IMG/VR virus record: IMGVR_UViG_3300037245_001837
Location: 10,396-74,395 of that record
Direction: 5' to 3' (one strand)
DNA: 64,000 nt
From: a virus
Of the stretch, positions 51,048 to 60,782 are shown one piece after another. Under the pieces are notes generated by a model. It was not told the origin of the DNA. It saw only the letters and a list, made by a program, of their open reading frames with translations, and did no database searches. The translations under genes were made by a program, and so were the position numbers. The first letter of the stretch is position 1; each line of letters starts with the position of its first letter.

Positions 51048-51203
51048 ATGAAACAGTACATTAAAAAAAGTGATGCTCAAGCAGAAGCTAAAAGAAAAGG
51101 TTTAACAGGTGTTCATAAAATGCCTAATGGTAAATGGATGGCAGGGAAAACACACCCTAAAAGCACTAAAAGCACTAAAAAACCAAAAAGAAGAGATTAT
51201 TAA
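51048..51203 (+). CDS. Small basic protein (51 aa)
   Basis: AEAKRKGLTGVHKMPNGKWMAGKTH; 9-bp tandem repeat near 3' end. Confidence 0.6.
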   Translation: MKQYIKKSDAQAEAKRKGLTGVHKMPNGKWMAGKTHPKSTKSTKKPKRRDY

Positions 51204-51407
51204 TTACGAACCACAGTAGAGGGAGTAATGAACTTACACGTTTACAAAATATCGGAAAGATTGTATCGAATTAGAAATATTAAGAAGGATACAGTTAAAG
51301 ATTGTTGGATAAAAAATGGTGAAATTCAAATACCTGCTAATATTCATAATACATTGACACCAACCGAGAGACAGGCAGTTGAAATGGAGATTTTTTAAAA
51401 GTAAATT

Positions 51408-51608
51408 ATGGAATGGATAAGCATAAAATCAAAACTACCAGAAAACAATGCTTTTGATGATGAAGATATAGAATATTATTTTATATACACAGAGAATTTT
51501 GGAATTCAAAAGGCAATGTTTATCGATAATGAATGGTGGAGTAATTATTTATCTAAAATAATGGATAATGTAACACACTGGTTAGAAATAGAATTACCAA
51601 AAGATTAA
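51408..51608 (+). CDS. DUF551-like protein
   Basis: MEWISIKSKLPE...VTHWLEI.LP. Confidence 0.8.
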   Translation: MEWISIKSKLPENNAFDDEDIEYYFIYTENFGIQKAMFIDNEWWSNYLSKIMDNVTHWLEIELPKD

Positions 51609-51611
51609 ATT

Positions 51612-51842
51612 ATGACACCAACCGAAAAACAAGCACAATTATTAGCAGACGAATTAATGAATATTTTTATTCTAACAAAGCACGATAGTAAAGGGAATAT
51701 AATAACTTTCGAATTAGCTAAAACTTGTGCCTTAATGACTTGCATTGAAATACTAAGAGCATTAAATTCTTTAAAAGGAATGGGGAAAATTCAGAAAGTG
51801 AAATTATATAAATTAGTTAAGAAAAATTTAGAAGCTAAATAA
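51612..51842 (+). CDS. Conserved Bacteroidota phage protein
   Basis: MTP.EK.A..L...AKTCAL..C.EIL motif. Confidence 0.7.
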   Translation: MTPTEKQAQLLADELMNIFILTKHDSKGNIITFELAKTCALMTCIEILRALNSLKGMGKIQKVKLYKLVKKNLEAK

Positions 51843-51843
51843 A

Positions 51844-52275
51844 ATGAAAATAATTATAATTGACATAGACGGAACAGTATCAAAAGTTGGTGACAGGCTA
51901 AAATATTTGAAAGAGTCACCTAAAAATTGGGATGCTTTTTATAACTCTTGTTTTGAAGATGAGCCTATTCAGGAAATAATAGATTTTTTACATATCATTC
52001 AAAACGATTATAAATTTGTTTTTTGTACTGGAAGAAGAGAAAGTGTAAGGTTTGACACATCAATGTGGTTAGAAAATAATGGTCTTTTTGGAGATTTGTT
52101 AATGCGACCTGATAATGACTTTAGACACGATACAATTGTAAAGCCAGAACAATTAGAAAAAAATAACATACTCCTTGACGAAGTGGCTTTTGTATTAGAA
52201 GATAGAAACGCAATGGTTGAAAAATTCAGAGAATTAGGATTAAGAGTTCTTCAAGTAGCAGACGGTAATTTTTAA
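51844..52275 (+). CDS. HAD-family phosphatase (T4 PNK phosphatase domain-like)
   Basis: DIDGT, CTGR, LLMRPDNDFRHD..VK, EDR, LQVA.GNF. Confidence 0.9.
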   Translation: MKIIIIDIDGTVSKVGDRLKYLKESPKNWDAFYNSCFEDEPIQEIIDFLHIIQNDYKFVFCTGRRESVRFDTSMWLENNGLFGDLLMRPDNDFRHDTIVKPEQLEKNNILLDEVAFVLEDRNAMVEKFRELGLRVLQVADGNF

Positions 52276-52278
52276 GTT

Positions 52279-52941
52279 ATGGCTAAACCAAAAAAATGCA
52301 AAGGAACTGGACAGGCTAAAGGTTTTGGATGTAATAAACCTTTAACCTTTTCAGAGTCAAATGGAATTAAAAGTTATAATTCAAAATACGGATTATGTCC
52401 AACTTGTCAATACGAATGGGCAACTACTAATGATGCAGGAAAGGTTTGGTTTCAGAAAAGTTTAATTTCTAATAAGAAGAAAAAGGAAAAAGAAGAAAAC
52501 GCAATACACAGAGAAAAGAAAAGATCTATTGATGAGACAGGAGCAATGCGATTAGCTGATATGTATTTCAGTAGATACATAAGAGTTCTTTATAGTGATG
52601 ATAATGGATATTGTACTTGTTACACTTGTGGAACTGATGTTTTTTTAAAAGAATTGGATAACGGACACTATCAGAAAAGGGAGCATAAAGCAACAAGGTA
52701 TCACGAAAATAATTGCAGACCACAATGCAAAACTTGTAATGGAGATACAAAGCACAATGGCAAACAGGCAGAGTTCAGAGTTCACCTATCAAACGAAATT
52801 GGAGAAGAAGAAGTATCAGAAATCGAAAGATTAGCTAATACAACTATAAAAGCAAATTCACTGTTCTTTAGAAATATAGCAGATTCATATCGAATAAAAT
52901 CTAATGAACTTCAAAAAATAAAAAAAGTAAAACACTGGTAA
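52279..52941 (+). CDS. NinG/Rap-like recombination endonuclease
   Basis: FSRYIR...CTCYTCG...DNGHY...TRYHENNCRPQCKTCN. Confidence 0.88.
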   Translation: MAKPKKCKGTGQAKGFGCNKPLTFSESNGIKSYNSKYGLCPTCQYEWATTNDAGKVWFQKSLISNKKKKEKEENAIHREKKRSIDETGAMRLADMYFSRYIRVLYSDDNGYCTCYTCGTDVFLKELDNGHYQKREHKATRYHENNCRPQCKTCNGDTKHNGKQAEFRVHLSNEIGEEEVSEIERLANTTIKANSLFFRNIADSYRIKSNELQKIKKVKHW

Positions 52942-53098
52942 TGGATAAGTTTTACCCAAATGGAAGCATCAAAGCAAAGTTCATTCGTTATTTGAAATCT
53001 GGAGAATGTTGTTGTAACTTTGATAACGATCCAGATCACTATACAGACGGAAATAAAGTTTATAAAAAAATAGAGTTTAAATTTAATAAAAACGAATA

Positions 53099-53965
53099 AT
53101 GGATAATACAGCAAAACAAACACCTAAAAACGAATTACACTTTGAAAAGAAAAAAGAAAAAGTAACTTTTAAGTTTCAAACTAAGTTTACGGAAAGAGAA
53201 ACTGAAGACCATAATAAATGGCTATCATTTTATCCTAAAAAATGTTATTTTAGATTTCAATTAGATTCTTGGGGGTATTTTGATCCAAGACCTCAAATAA
53301 GTACTAACATTACTTCTGTATTAGTTATTTTAACTCTACTCGTAAGTTTATTCACATTGACTATTACTTTGTACCATTTAGTTTTAATTCCTTTCTTATT
53401 TTTTGGTTGGGGAGAATTATTTTTAAACTTACCATTCAATTCAGGAAAAACAGATGAATGTGAAAACCCTTCTTATGGATTTTACATGTACCACATTGAC
53501 CCTGTTCCAAAAAAAGTAAATTTCCCTACTTGTTTTATTTGGCAATGGAAGAACTATAAATCATTTAATATGCCTTGGGCAAGAACTTGGATTAGAACAT
53601 CTATATTACTAAAAGATAATACTTGGGCGCATGAGACAAAAGGAAATTATAAAAGCTTTTATAAAGATAAATGGAAAAAGCAACAATATATGATAGAGTA
53701 TGATTTTACTGATAAGTATGATAATACTATTATACCTACAAAAGTATATGTTGAAGAAAGAGAGTGGAGACAACATTGGTTAAAATGGACTAAATTATTT
53801 GCACTTGTAAGAAAAACAATAGATGTAGATTTCTCTAAAGAAGTAGGTGGGAAAAAAGGAAGTTGGAAAGGAGGTACAGTAGGGTGCGGATATAATATGA
53901 AAAAAGGAGAGACAGCACTGGAATGTATAAAAAGGATGGAAAAAGAAAGGACTTTCAGAAGTTAG
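53099..53965 (+). CDS. Conserved phage membrane-associated protein
   Basis: TM hairpin; VEEREWR...IDVDFSKEVG..KGSWKGGTVGC. Confidence 0.75.
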   Translation: MDNTAKQTPKNELHFEKKKEKVTFKFQTKFTERETEDHNKWLSFYPKKCYFRFQLDSWGYFDPRPQISTNITSVLVILTLLVSLFTLTITLYHLVLIPFLFFGWGELFLNLPFNSGKTDECENPSYGFYMYHIDPVPKKVNFPTCFIWQWKNYKSFNMPWARTWIRTSILLKDNTWAHETKGNYKSFYKDKWKKQQYMIEYDFTDKYDNTIIPTKVYVEEREWRQHWLKWTKLFALVRKTIDVDFSKEVGGKKGSWKGGTVGCGYNMKKGETALECIKRMEKERTFRS

Positions 53966-53993
53966 TATAAATAAAATTTAATAAAGATAAATA

Positions 53994-54725
53994 ATGGAAA
54001 CTAAAAGCAATGAAATTGTAATTAAAACCTCAAAGTTAGAGGAAATGAAAGGTAAATATTTAGCAGAAAGACTTTTAAGAACTTGGGCTGAAGATTTTGT
54101 TGATCAGGATACTTCAGAAGTAGTCTCAATAGAGCGAAATGAGATTATTTTAGAAAAAGGAACTTTATTAGAGGGCAAAGAATTAACAGAAGTTAATTTC
54201 TTTTTGCAAAGCGGTGATGTTAAATCTGTTTCTGTTAGTAATCAAGAAAGAGGTTGTAGTTTAGTATATGGTAATTCTGCTGTTTGGATGGCTAAAATAA
54301 AATTAAACGGAAAGAATAAAACTATTTATTTATATGCAAATTCCGTTCAATCTGCAACAAATATTTGTATAGATTATGTTGAGCAAAAATATGTCGGAAA
54401 CTTTAAATTCATAGGCATAAAGGAAATAGATTATAGCACTCTAATATCTTTAGATATGAAAGAAGAGGATGCTTCAGAAGAAAACGATTATTATAAAACA
54501 GAAGTTGAGGTTACTTATGAAAATGATGAGCCAATCAATGAAGTTTATATAATAAATGCTTCCAATGCAGAAAAAGCTAAAACTTCAATAATTGATTTTA
54601 TCACTATTAATAATGAAAAGAAAAATGAATCAACTCCTTTTTATGTAACAATTATTTCTGCAAAAACAATTCCTTGTGATGACATAATTGATGTTGATTT
54701 TTCTAAATCATATTTAATAGAATAA
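53994..54725 (+). CDS. RpoB insertion-domain homologue fused to DUF4494-like tandem domains
   Basis: [33 protein letters not shown] resembles Bacteroidota RpoB; two C-terminal repeats resemble DUF4494. Confidence 0.75.
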   Translation: [243 protein letters not shown]

Positions 54726-54728
54726 ATA

Positions 54729-55109
54729 ATGGAAAAAGAATATCTACATAAAAAAGTAATAAAAGTACCGTTATACAAAGGTTTATTAGTTTTAATATTT
54801 TCTAATTCAGTAGAAAAAGTAAAACAAGTTGTTAAGGATTATAATAGAAATAGTGTTTACGCTCATGCTTGGCGTTTCAATTATAAAGGAAAAGAAGGAA
54901 ATGCCATAATACTCAACTTTAATAATGATGAGAAATTAACTCATGGTACTATTGCTCACGAAGCTTACCACATAGCTAATTTCATAGCGGATTCAAGAGG
55001 TTTAATACCAGATCACATTAATGATGAGCCAATAGCTTATTTGATAACTTGGATAACAAATGAGGTTTATAAATTTATGAATAAAAATAATTTCAAAATA
55101 GAAAAATAA
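54729..55109 (+). CDS. Small HExxH metallopeptidase-like protein
   Basis: TIAHEAYH...NDEPIAYLITWI. Confidence 0.75.
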   Translation: MEKEYLHKKVIKVPLYKGLLVLIFSNSVEKVKQVVKDYNRNSVYAHAWRFNYKGKEGNAIILNFNNDEKLTHGTIAHEAYHIANFIADSRGLIPDHINDEPIAYLITWITNEVYKFMNKNNFKIEK

Positions 55110-55726
55110 TGGCAAAAAAAACAGAGGTTACAGATTCAAAAACAAAAAAGATAAACCAATTTACAGGTGGTAAAATTGAGACTTTTACTATTCCTGATTA
55201 CCCTAAAAGTTGTGGAGATGGAAAACTTCCAGATTCTTTTTTAGCGAAAGACGGTACTTATATTGGAGACTACTCAAAAGGATTATGGTATTTGAAGCAT
55301 AATATGTTAGTGTGTTTTGAATATCCTTCTGGAGTTAGTATAATTTTAAAACACCCTGTAAAAGAATACCTATATCTTGACTCTTACATGACAGATGGTA
55401 TTGTTGGAGGTGATGATACTGAAGCTTATTATGGGTATTCTCATAGAGGTGGTAATAAATTTAAAATTGGTGATCGTTTATTTGATCCTAGTTATGAACC
55501 AAAAGAAGAAGATTACACTAAGGAAGAGTGGGAAGGATTTAAAGCTGATAGAGAAAAATCTATTTTAAGAAATATCAAAGACGGTTTCTGTAAAAACAGA
55601 GAAGAAGCAGAAAAAGAAACCCCATTGGCTGCTGTAATAACATTCAATAAAAGAGGCTCTAAGGTTATAGAGACTTGGGATGAAGCAAAACAGGCAGCTA
55701 TTAACTTATCTAAGGATTTATCATAA
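55109..55726 (+). CDS. Conserved phage protein
   Basis: DGTYIGD...YYGYSHRG...FKIGD...EAKQAAIN. Confidence 0.75.
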   Translation: MAKKTEVTDSKTKKINQFTGGKIETFTIPDYPKSCGDGKLPDSFLAKDGTYIGDYSKGLWYLKHNMLVCFEYPSGVSIILKHPVKEYLYLDSYMTDGIVGGDDTEAYYGYSHRGGNKFKIGDRLFDPSYEPKEEDYTKEEWEGFKADREKSILRNIKDGFCKNREEAEKETPLAAVITFNKRGSKVIETWDEAKQAAINLSKDLS

Positions 55727-55735
55727 TGTAGCGAG

Positions 55736-55838
55736 AAAACCTTAGTTATAACGAAACAACCCTGACTGCATTAAGCTATATTGTACAACAGTGGTTATAC
55801 GTGAGAATTGTAGAATCAGGTAATATAACTAAGGTTTT
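55736..55838 (+). ncRNA. Long-stem structured intergenic RNA
   Basis: Perfect 15-bp inverted repeat enclosing CCTGA/TCAGG stem and a TGAGA T-loop-like hairpin. Confidence 0.55.
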
Positions 55839-55867
55839 TATTTACAAATTAGAGAAATTTCAAAATT

Positions 55868-56059
55868 ATGAAAACAGCATTCACGAAAAAAAACATTGTT
55901 TATTTTATTTGTTTACTAGTGTTACACTTTGCGGTTAATTTCTGGATAAAAAATTCAATTGGTAAATTTTCAATTCTTTTTAGTATGGTAATTCCATTTC
56001 TAATCGGAATCTTTTATAAAGAGATAAGAAGTTTTATTTTCAAATTATTAAAAGTATAA
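55868..56059 (+). CDS. Small two-TM membrane protein
   Basis: Two hydrophobic segments. Confidence 0.6.
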   Translation: MKTAFTKKNIVYFICLLVLHFAVNFWIKNSIGKFSILFSMVIPFLIGIFYKEIRSFIFKLLKV

Positions 56060-56062
56060 TAG

Positions 56063-56563
56063 ATGAAAAATAAATTTAGACAATCAGTAGTTGGAGAATG
56101 CGCAATTGTAGTTATCGCAAATATCTTAAATGATGATAGAGTCATTGTTAAGTGTGATAGTTCAAACGGAACAACTGCAATGGTGCAAAGGCACATTTTA
56201 GAAGCTCATAGCGACTACACATTTAGAGGTGTGTATGAAGTTAAAAAACCTGTTAAAGATTACACTCCAGTATTTGAAATTGATAATGATTTTAAGGATA
56301 AAAAAGAATATAATAAGGATCATTACATATTGTATTTAGCAGGATTACAAGAGGAAGGGAAAAAAGGTCATGCAATTATGGTTATAAAAGAGAATCATAA
56401 TAAAACATTGACAATACTTGATCCATTAAAAGAAAAATGCGAAAAAGTTCACCAGTTTCATTTCTTTGAAGAATATCCTTGTGTTAGCCTAGATGTTGTA
56501 ATGTCAAAACAAGGAGACACAATGTTTTTTTACGAAAGTTTCATTAAACACTTAATAGATTAA
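56063..56563 (+). CDS. Papain-like (C39-related) peptidase fold protein
   Basis: Q...GECAIVVIAN...GHAIMV...TILDP. Confidence 0.6.
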   Translation: MKNKFRQSVVGECAIVVIANILNDDRVIVKCDSSNGTTAMVQRHILEAHSDYTFRGVYEVKKPVKDYTPVFEIDNDFKDKKEYNKDHYILYLAGLQEEGKKGHAIMVIKENHNKTLTILDPLKEKCEKVHQFHFFEEYPCVSLDVVMSKQGDTMFFYESFIKHLID

Positions 56564-56593
56564 ATATAAACAATAACTTAAAAATAGAAAAAA

Positions 56594-56896
56594 ATGAATG
56601 ATGCAAAACAAATAGAACAAGAAGAACCAACAACATTAACTCAAGCAGTAGAATCATTAGTTGATGAGATTATGAATTCATCAGGAATACCAATTCACAA
56701 ATCTCAAAATATTATTGATATAATACAGAGAGTTGATAAACGCCCAAAAGAGATTGAAGAAGTTCATGAAGATAGAAAAGCAATGGCTAAGACTCCTAAT
56801 TTAATTGATTTAGTAAATATGGTTGCTAGAGAGTATAGATCAACCAGAATGAAAACTTTAGAAAACCTTTCACACATAGAGGCTCTTTTAAAATAA
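56594..56896 (+). CDS. Hypothetical protein
   Basis: ORF track. Confidence 0.65.
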   Translation: MNDAKQIEQEEPTTLTQAVESLVDEIMNSSGIPIHKSQNIIDIIQRVDKRPKEIEEVHEDRKAMAKTPNLIDLVNMVAREYRSTRMKTLENLSHIEALLK

Positions 56897-56904
56897 TTTG
56901 TTTG

Positions 56905-57012
56905 TATATTTACAATGATATTTTGCCATCGAATTAATACTCTTTAGAAAGAAAATGATTAGTAAGAATTCTCATTTTGACACCCACTTTAGAAATAGAG
57001 TGGGTTTTTTTT
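56905..57012 (+). ncRNA. Putative small RNA (promoter plus terminator, no credible ORF)
   Basis: TATATTTA 56905-56912; terminator ACCCACTTTA-GAAA-TAGAGTGGGT 56982-57005 plus T tract. Confidence 0.5.
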
Positions 57013-57068
57013 ATTATATTTGTTACCGTTAGGTGTAATAACCGACAAAAATTCAAAATTATTTTACG

Positions 57069-57428
57069 ATGAGAAAAATTGTCTCAAAATTCCAATGTTT
57101 CGGTGTAGAACCTGCCGAACAGGGTTATCCAACAACAGCAAGACTTAACGCTGTTTACGCAAATTCAGATGGAACAGTTAATGAGGAAAACAAATCATTT
57201 TCAGAAGCAACACCTTCAGGAAATATTGAAATGCAAATTTCACAGAAAGTTCCTGCACACAAATTTTTTACTCCAAACCGTTATTACAAAGTAACATTTG
57301 AACTTTTACCAATGACAGAACAGGAAATTGAAAATGAAAAGGTTTATAAAATGTCACCAAAGGAACAACGTGACTACTGGGAAGAAAAAACAGGTGTAAA
57401 ACAGGATTATCCATTAGATAAAAAATAA
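57069..57428 (+). CDS. Conserved phage protein with own promoter
   Basis: ENKSFSEATPSGNIEM...YYKVTF motif; TATATTTG at 57015. Confidence 0.8.
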   Translation: MRKIVSKFQCFGVEPAEQGYPTTARLNAVYANSDGTVNEENKSFSEATPSGNIEMQISQKVPAHKFFTPNRYYKVTFELLPMTEQEIENEKVYKMSPKEQRDYWEEKTGVKQDYPLDKK

Positions 57429-57511
57429 ATATATAGTTACCTTATATTTACTATCTTTACACTAAGATACTTAGAGTAGAATTATATTTAATCAACATAA
57501 ATAGAATAAAA

Positions 57512-57715
57512 ATGGATAAAAACAAAAAAAAAGGAGACATAGTTCTCAGTAAAAAAGAGCAAGAGCAGATCAAAAACATGAGGGATGCAGAGAAGAAGAG
57601 ACAAGATTGTATCAATGAGATACAAGATGTTCTGATTAAGTACAGTTCAGAGATCAGGGTGAACCCTAATTCTCCACTTGGAAACCCATCAGTTATGATT
57701 GTTCTAAAAGATTAA
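57512..57715 (+). CDS. Hypothetical protein
   Basis: ORF track. Confidence 0.6.
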   Translation: MDKNKKKGDIVLSKKEQEQIKNMRDAEKKRQDCINEIQDVLIKYSSEIRVNPNSPLGNPSVMIVLKD

Positions 57716-57756
57716 TTGTTTTAATGCCTTATAAAAAGGCAAGGATGAATCAACTG

Positions 57757-57786
57757 AAAAACCCTCTAATCATCAGAGGGTTTTTT
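57757..57786. terminator. Bidirectional terminator
   Basis: AAAAACCCTCT-aatcatc-AGAGGGTTTTT at convergent junction. Confidence 0.75.
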
Positions 57787-58191
57787 CATTTTAGGATTGT
57801 AAAGCTTTATAATATACATGGGATTAAGAATATAATAATCTTTGAAAGGTGTTTTTAAAAGTAATTCAAGGTCTAAAAATTTCCTTCTGGTTTTATAATA
57901 ACTTCGCTCACTACATAAATCTGAATAAGTACCATATCTCAAAAACAACCCACCACTTTCAGCAGGATTTCTACCACTTTTTACTCCAGTTAAAATACGT
58001 TCCCATATTCTGTAATCAACAATACCAAATTCCTGTTGCTTAATATCAGTTAATAGTATCGAATGTTTGAAATATCCACGTAGGCTTTTATAATACGAGA
58101 AACTTACACCATTTAGACTTGAGCTTCGTATAATTTCTCTATAATATTTTTCTACCCAAGCAGGTAGTAACTCATCTTTATCTAAAATCAC
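57766..58191 (-). CDS. RepL-like winged-helix protein
   Basis: SERSYYKTRRKFLDLELL...YYILNP HTH-wing pattern. Confidence 0.5.
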   Translation of the reverse strand: MILDKDELLPAWVEKYYREIIRSSSLNGVSFSYYKSLRGYFKHSILLTDIKQQEFGIVDYRIWERILTGVKSGRNPAESGGLFLRYGTYSDLCSERSYYKTRRKFLDLELLLKTPFKDYYILNPMYIIKLYNPKMKKPSDD

Positions 58192-58529
58192 GATGGAACT
58201 ATTTTAGTAACATTATCTTTTATAATATTTTTTTTATCGAAACCTCTAGTCAATTGAAGGAAGCTTCTACCAACTGATTTAATAGTCCATAATCTAGGAT
58301 CACCTTCAATATGAACCTGCATACCCTTCTCAAAATTCAATTCATCATGAGCATTGATTTTAGGTTTTAATTCCTGTTGAGGTTTTCGTTTACGCTTTTC
58401 TGGTGCAGGTCTAATACCCCTAGAAGTACAAACGCTATTTACTAAAGCGTGAGTACATCCAACAATTATATGAATTGAATTAAATTTGATGTTACCTATA
58501 CAGGCTTTTATTTTTTCTGATTTAGTCAT
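58188..58529 (-). CDS. Hypothetical protein
   Basis: ORF track. Confidence 0.65.
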   Translation of the reverse strand: MTKSEKIKACIGNIKFNSIHIIVGCTHALVNSVCTSRGIRPAPEKRKRKPQQELKPKINAHDELNFEKGMQVHIEGDPRLWTIKSVGRSFLQLTRGFDKKNIIKDNVTKIVPS

Positions 58530-58905
58530 TTAATGTTTTCTCAAATTCTTTTTTCATTTCGTGTATTCTATCAACAATCCATGCCAATAAATAACATTCA
58601 GGCTCGTCATTATGTCTATCCAGTTTGTGCCGTATTGTAATAAATATGTTATTTACAAGATGTTTCGATTCGTGTGCTATTAGTCCTGCTTCAGGACATC
58701 CTTTTTCGTTAGCATAAAAAACAATATATAAATGGTCTTTATGATTGAAAACTGCACCTCCAAAGTCAGAAAGAATACCACTTGCCTCTGAGTCTTTAAA
58801 ATATTCTTCTGCCTCTTCTGGATTTTCGTAAATCACACAAGTAAATTCTATTTGGTAAAGAGGCGTTTCAAATTTTTTTATTTTCATGGTTTGTTTTGTC
58901 TTCAT
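58522..58905 (-). CDS. Small HExxH metallopeptidase-like protein (paralogue of 54729..55109)
   Basis: LIAHESKH...NDEPECYLLAWI. Confidence 0.75.
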   Translation of the reverse strand: MKTKQTMKIKKFETPLYQIEFTCVIYENPEEAEEYFKDSEASGILSDFGGAVFNHKDHLYIVFYANEKGCPEAGLIAHESKHLVNNIFITIRHKLDRHNDEPECYLLAWIVDRIHEMKKEFEKTLND

Positions 58906-58926
58906 GTACTGTAGGTTTTAGACTAA

Positions 58927-59473
58927 CTAATTGGAACTGTACCAGTTAAAAAATTCTACACCTGAAGAGAATTCAGACCAATTTATATGAATATTTAAAA
59001 ATAACACAGTTAAAATTACTGATTTATATTCAAATTTAATAAGTAAGCCTAATTGCCAGTATGCGTATATCGAAAATATATAAGGGTATCCCATAATTAT
59101 TTTATTATTTTGTTATATTCATCTTTATCGATTAGCAATAAAATTGGTATTCTATCTCCATTAATCACTTTCATAAGTTCATTTTCAGGTACACCAATTG
59201 ACACTTTACCACCACCTTTAACCTTATCAGCAGAAACAAGACTTGTGCAAACCCCCAAAAGCTCTGTTCCGTTTTTGTCATCAGCAACAGTTAAGTCATC
59301 AAGTTTTTGAAATATCCTTTTTTTCATTATTTTGAGGTTTCAGGATTAGACTCTTTACAATCTTGGTCATTTTTACATTTACACATATTTTTCTTGCCTT
59401 TTAAACAAGTTTCATATAAGTAATCTTCTGAGTTAAATGAGCCTTGAAGTATCTTTGTAGTTGGGTATTCCAT
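58927..59473 (-). CDS. Three small reverse-strand genes (59327..59473, 59097..59327, 58927..59094)
   Basis: Abutting ORFs of 48, 76 and 55 aa with coupled stops/starts. Confidence 0.55.
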
Positions 59474-59732
59474 TATTTATCCATTTTAAAGTTTCTATTA
59501 TTAAAAAAAGTATCGAAGGGTGAAGCGGTTTATGTCCTGTCGCTTTTAGGTATCCCGCAATTCTGTGTTTAATGTACAATCCACACAGCGCAACATTTTC
59601 ACCCTTCCATACTCCTATTTCCATCATTTCTATTATATCGTGTATTAGATAAAATAGAGTGTTATTTATGCTGCATCTCAACAGCACTACAAACATAATG
59701 AAAAAATGCATACCAAATACAAAACATAGCAT

Positions 59733-60782
59733 AAAAGTGTATCCTGTGTGCAGTAAAAAAAAGAGTTAACTTTCTAATAAACAGTATCTTATCTATCAAA
59801 TACACCTAATCTATATTAATACGTAAGTATATAAAACTATGATACTCACATACCAATACTCATTATAAGAGCTTCTAAGAGACTTAATTTATTCTAACAG
59901 TACAATATGTCTTTTATAGTATATATTCCAAAAGAGTATAGGTTCTGCTATTCAGGAAGCTTATTTGTACGCATTGTTCCTGTCAGTTTTTTAATAGTTT
60001 CGATTCAAGTGTGTATTAGAGGTTAGTAGTAGTAATATGCGTGTATAATCCAAGAGGGAAGATGCAAATCTAAAAGGCACACCCCTGTTGTTTGAATTTT
60101 ATACCTGAAATGTTTTTGAACTTTTGTATGTGGTGTGTTGTTGTACTTGATTTTATTATACTACTATCTTAATGCAGGAGTGAGAGAATAAAAGTAATAG
60201 CATAGTGTACTAATTGATTAGGGTAAAACACTTATGTACGTATTTCGTTGGTTGTGGTGCATTCTCCTGAGCTTGTACGGTACATTGTACTGCTAAGTTT
60301 CATATACTCGCTTAAATTGGCAGTATAGATAACAATTATTATACTATTTGTACTTTATTGTTATGAATATGTATGTTTTGGGGTTAAGTACCTTATAAAA
60401 GAAAAGAAAAGCATTGTTATTGTTAGCCTATGTTATGAGGTATTAATCTATGTTGTATTTAATTGTTCATATAGTTGTGTGGTGTTTGGTGTAGAATTGT
60501 TAGTTGTGTTGTTTTACTGGGGTTAGGTGATTGATGTACTTTAGTAATGTATTGATCTTTTTAGGTATGATCTAAGTATATTAACACTCTTTTGAATTGA
60601 AGTATTTTATGTTATTGTTGTAAGTCCTTTGTTTGTGTGGTTGCAGCTCATTATATATTTTATACTTTTATTAGTATTTATAGTTATATTAGATATAATA
60701 GTTGTATATTTACTATGTAGTAAGGAAATGGAAATATTTACTACAAAGTCTAACTTAATAAAAACATTTAATACATAATATT
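59733..60782. other. Large non-coding divergence zone (candidate genome end/packaging or control region)
   Basis: No ORF of 60 aa or more; switch to G/T-rich + strand; GTAC cluster; promoter-like TATATTTA at 60705. Confidence 0.6.

Noticed and set aside
55750-55770. Hammerhead core (CGAAAC...CTGA)
   Set aside because: CTGACTG does not fit CUGANGA and there is no stem III/NUH arrangement
46394-57532. Other A8-A9 runs (near 46394, 46739, 57524) as frameshift sites
   Set aside because: The -1 frames hit stops within about a dozen codons; such runs are common in this AT-rich genome
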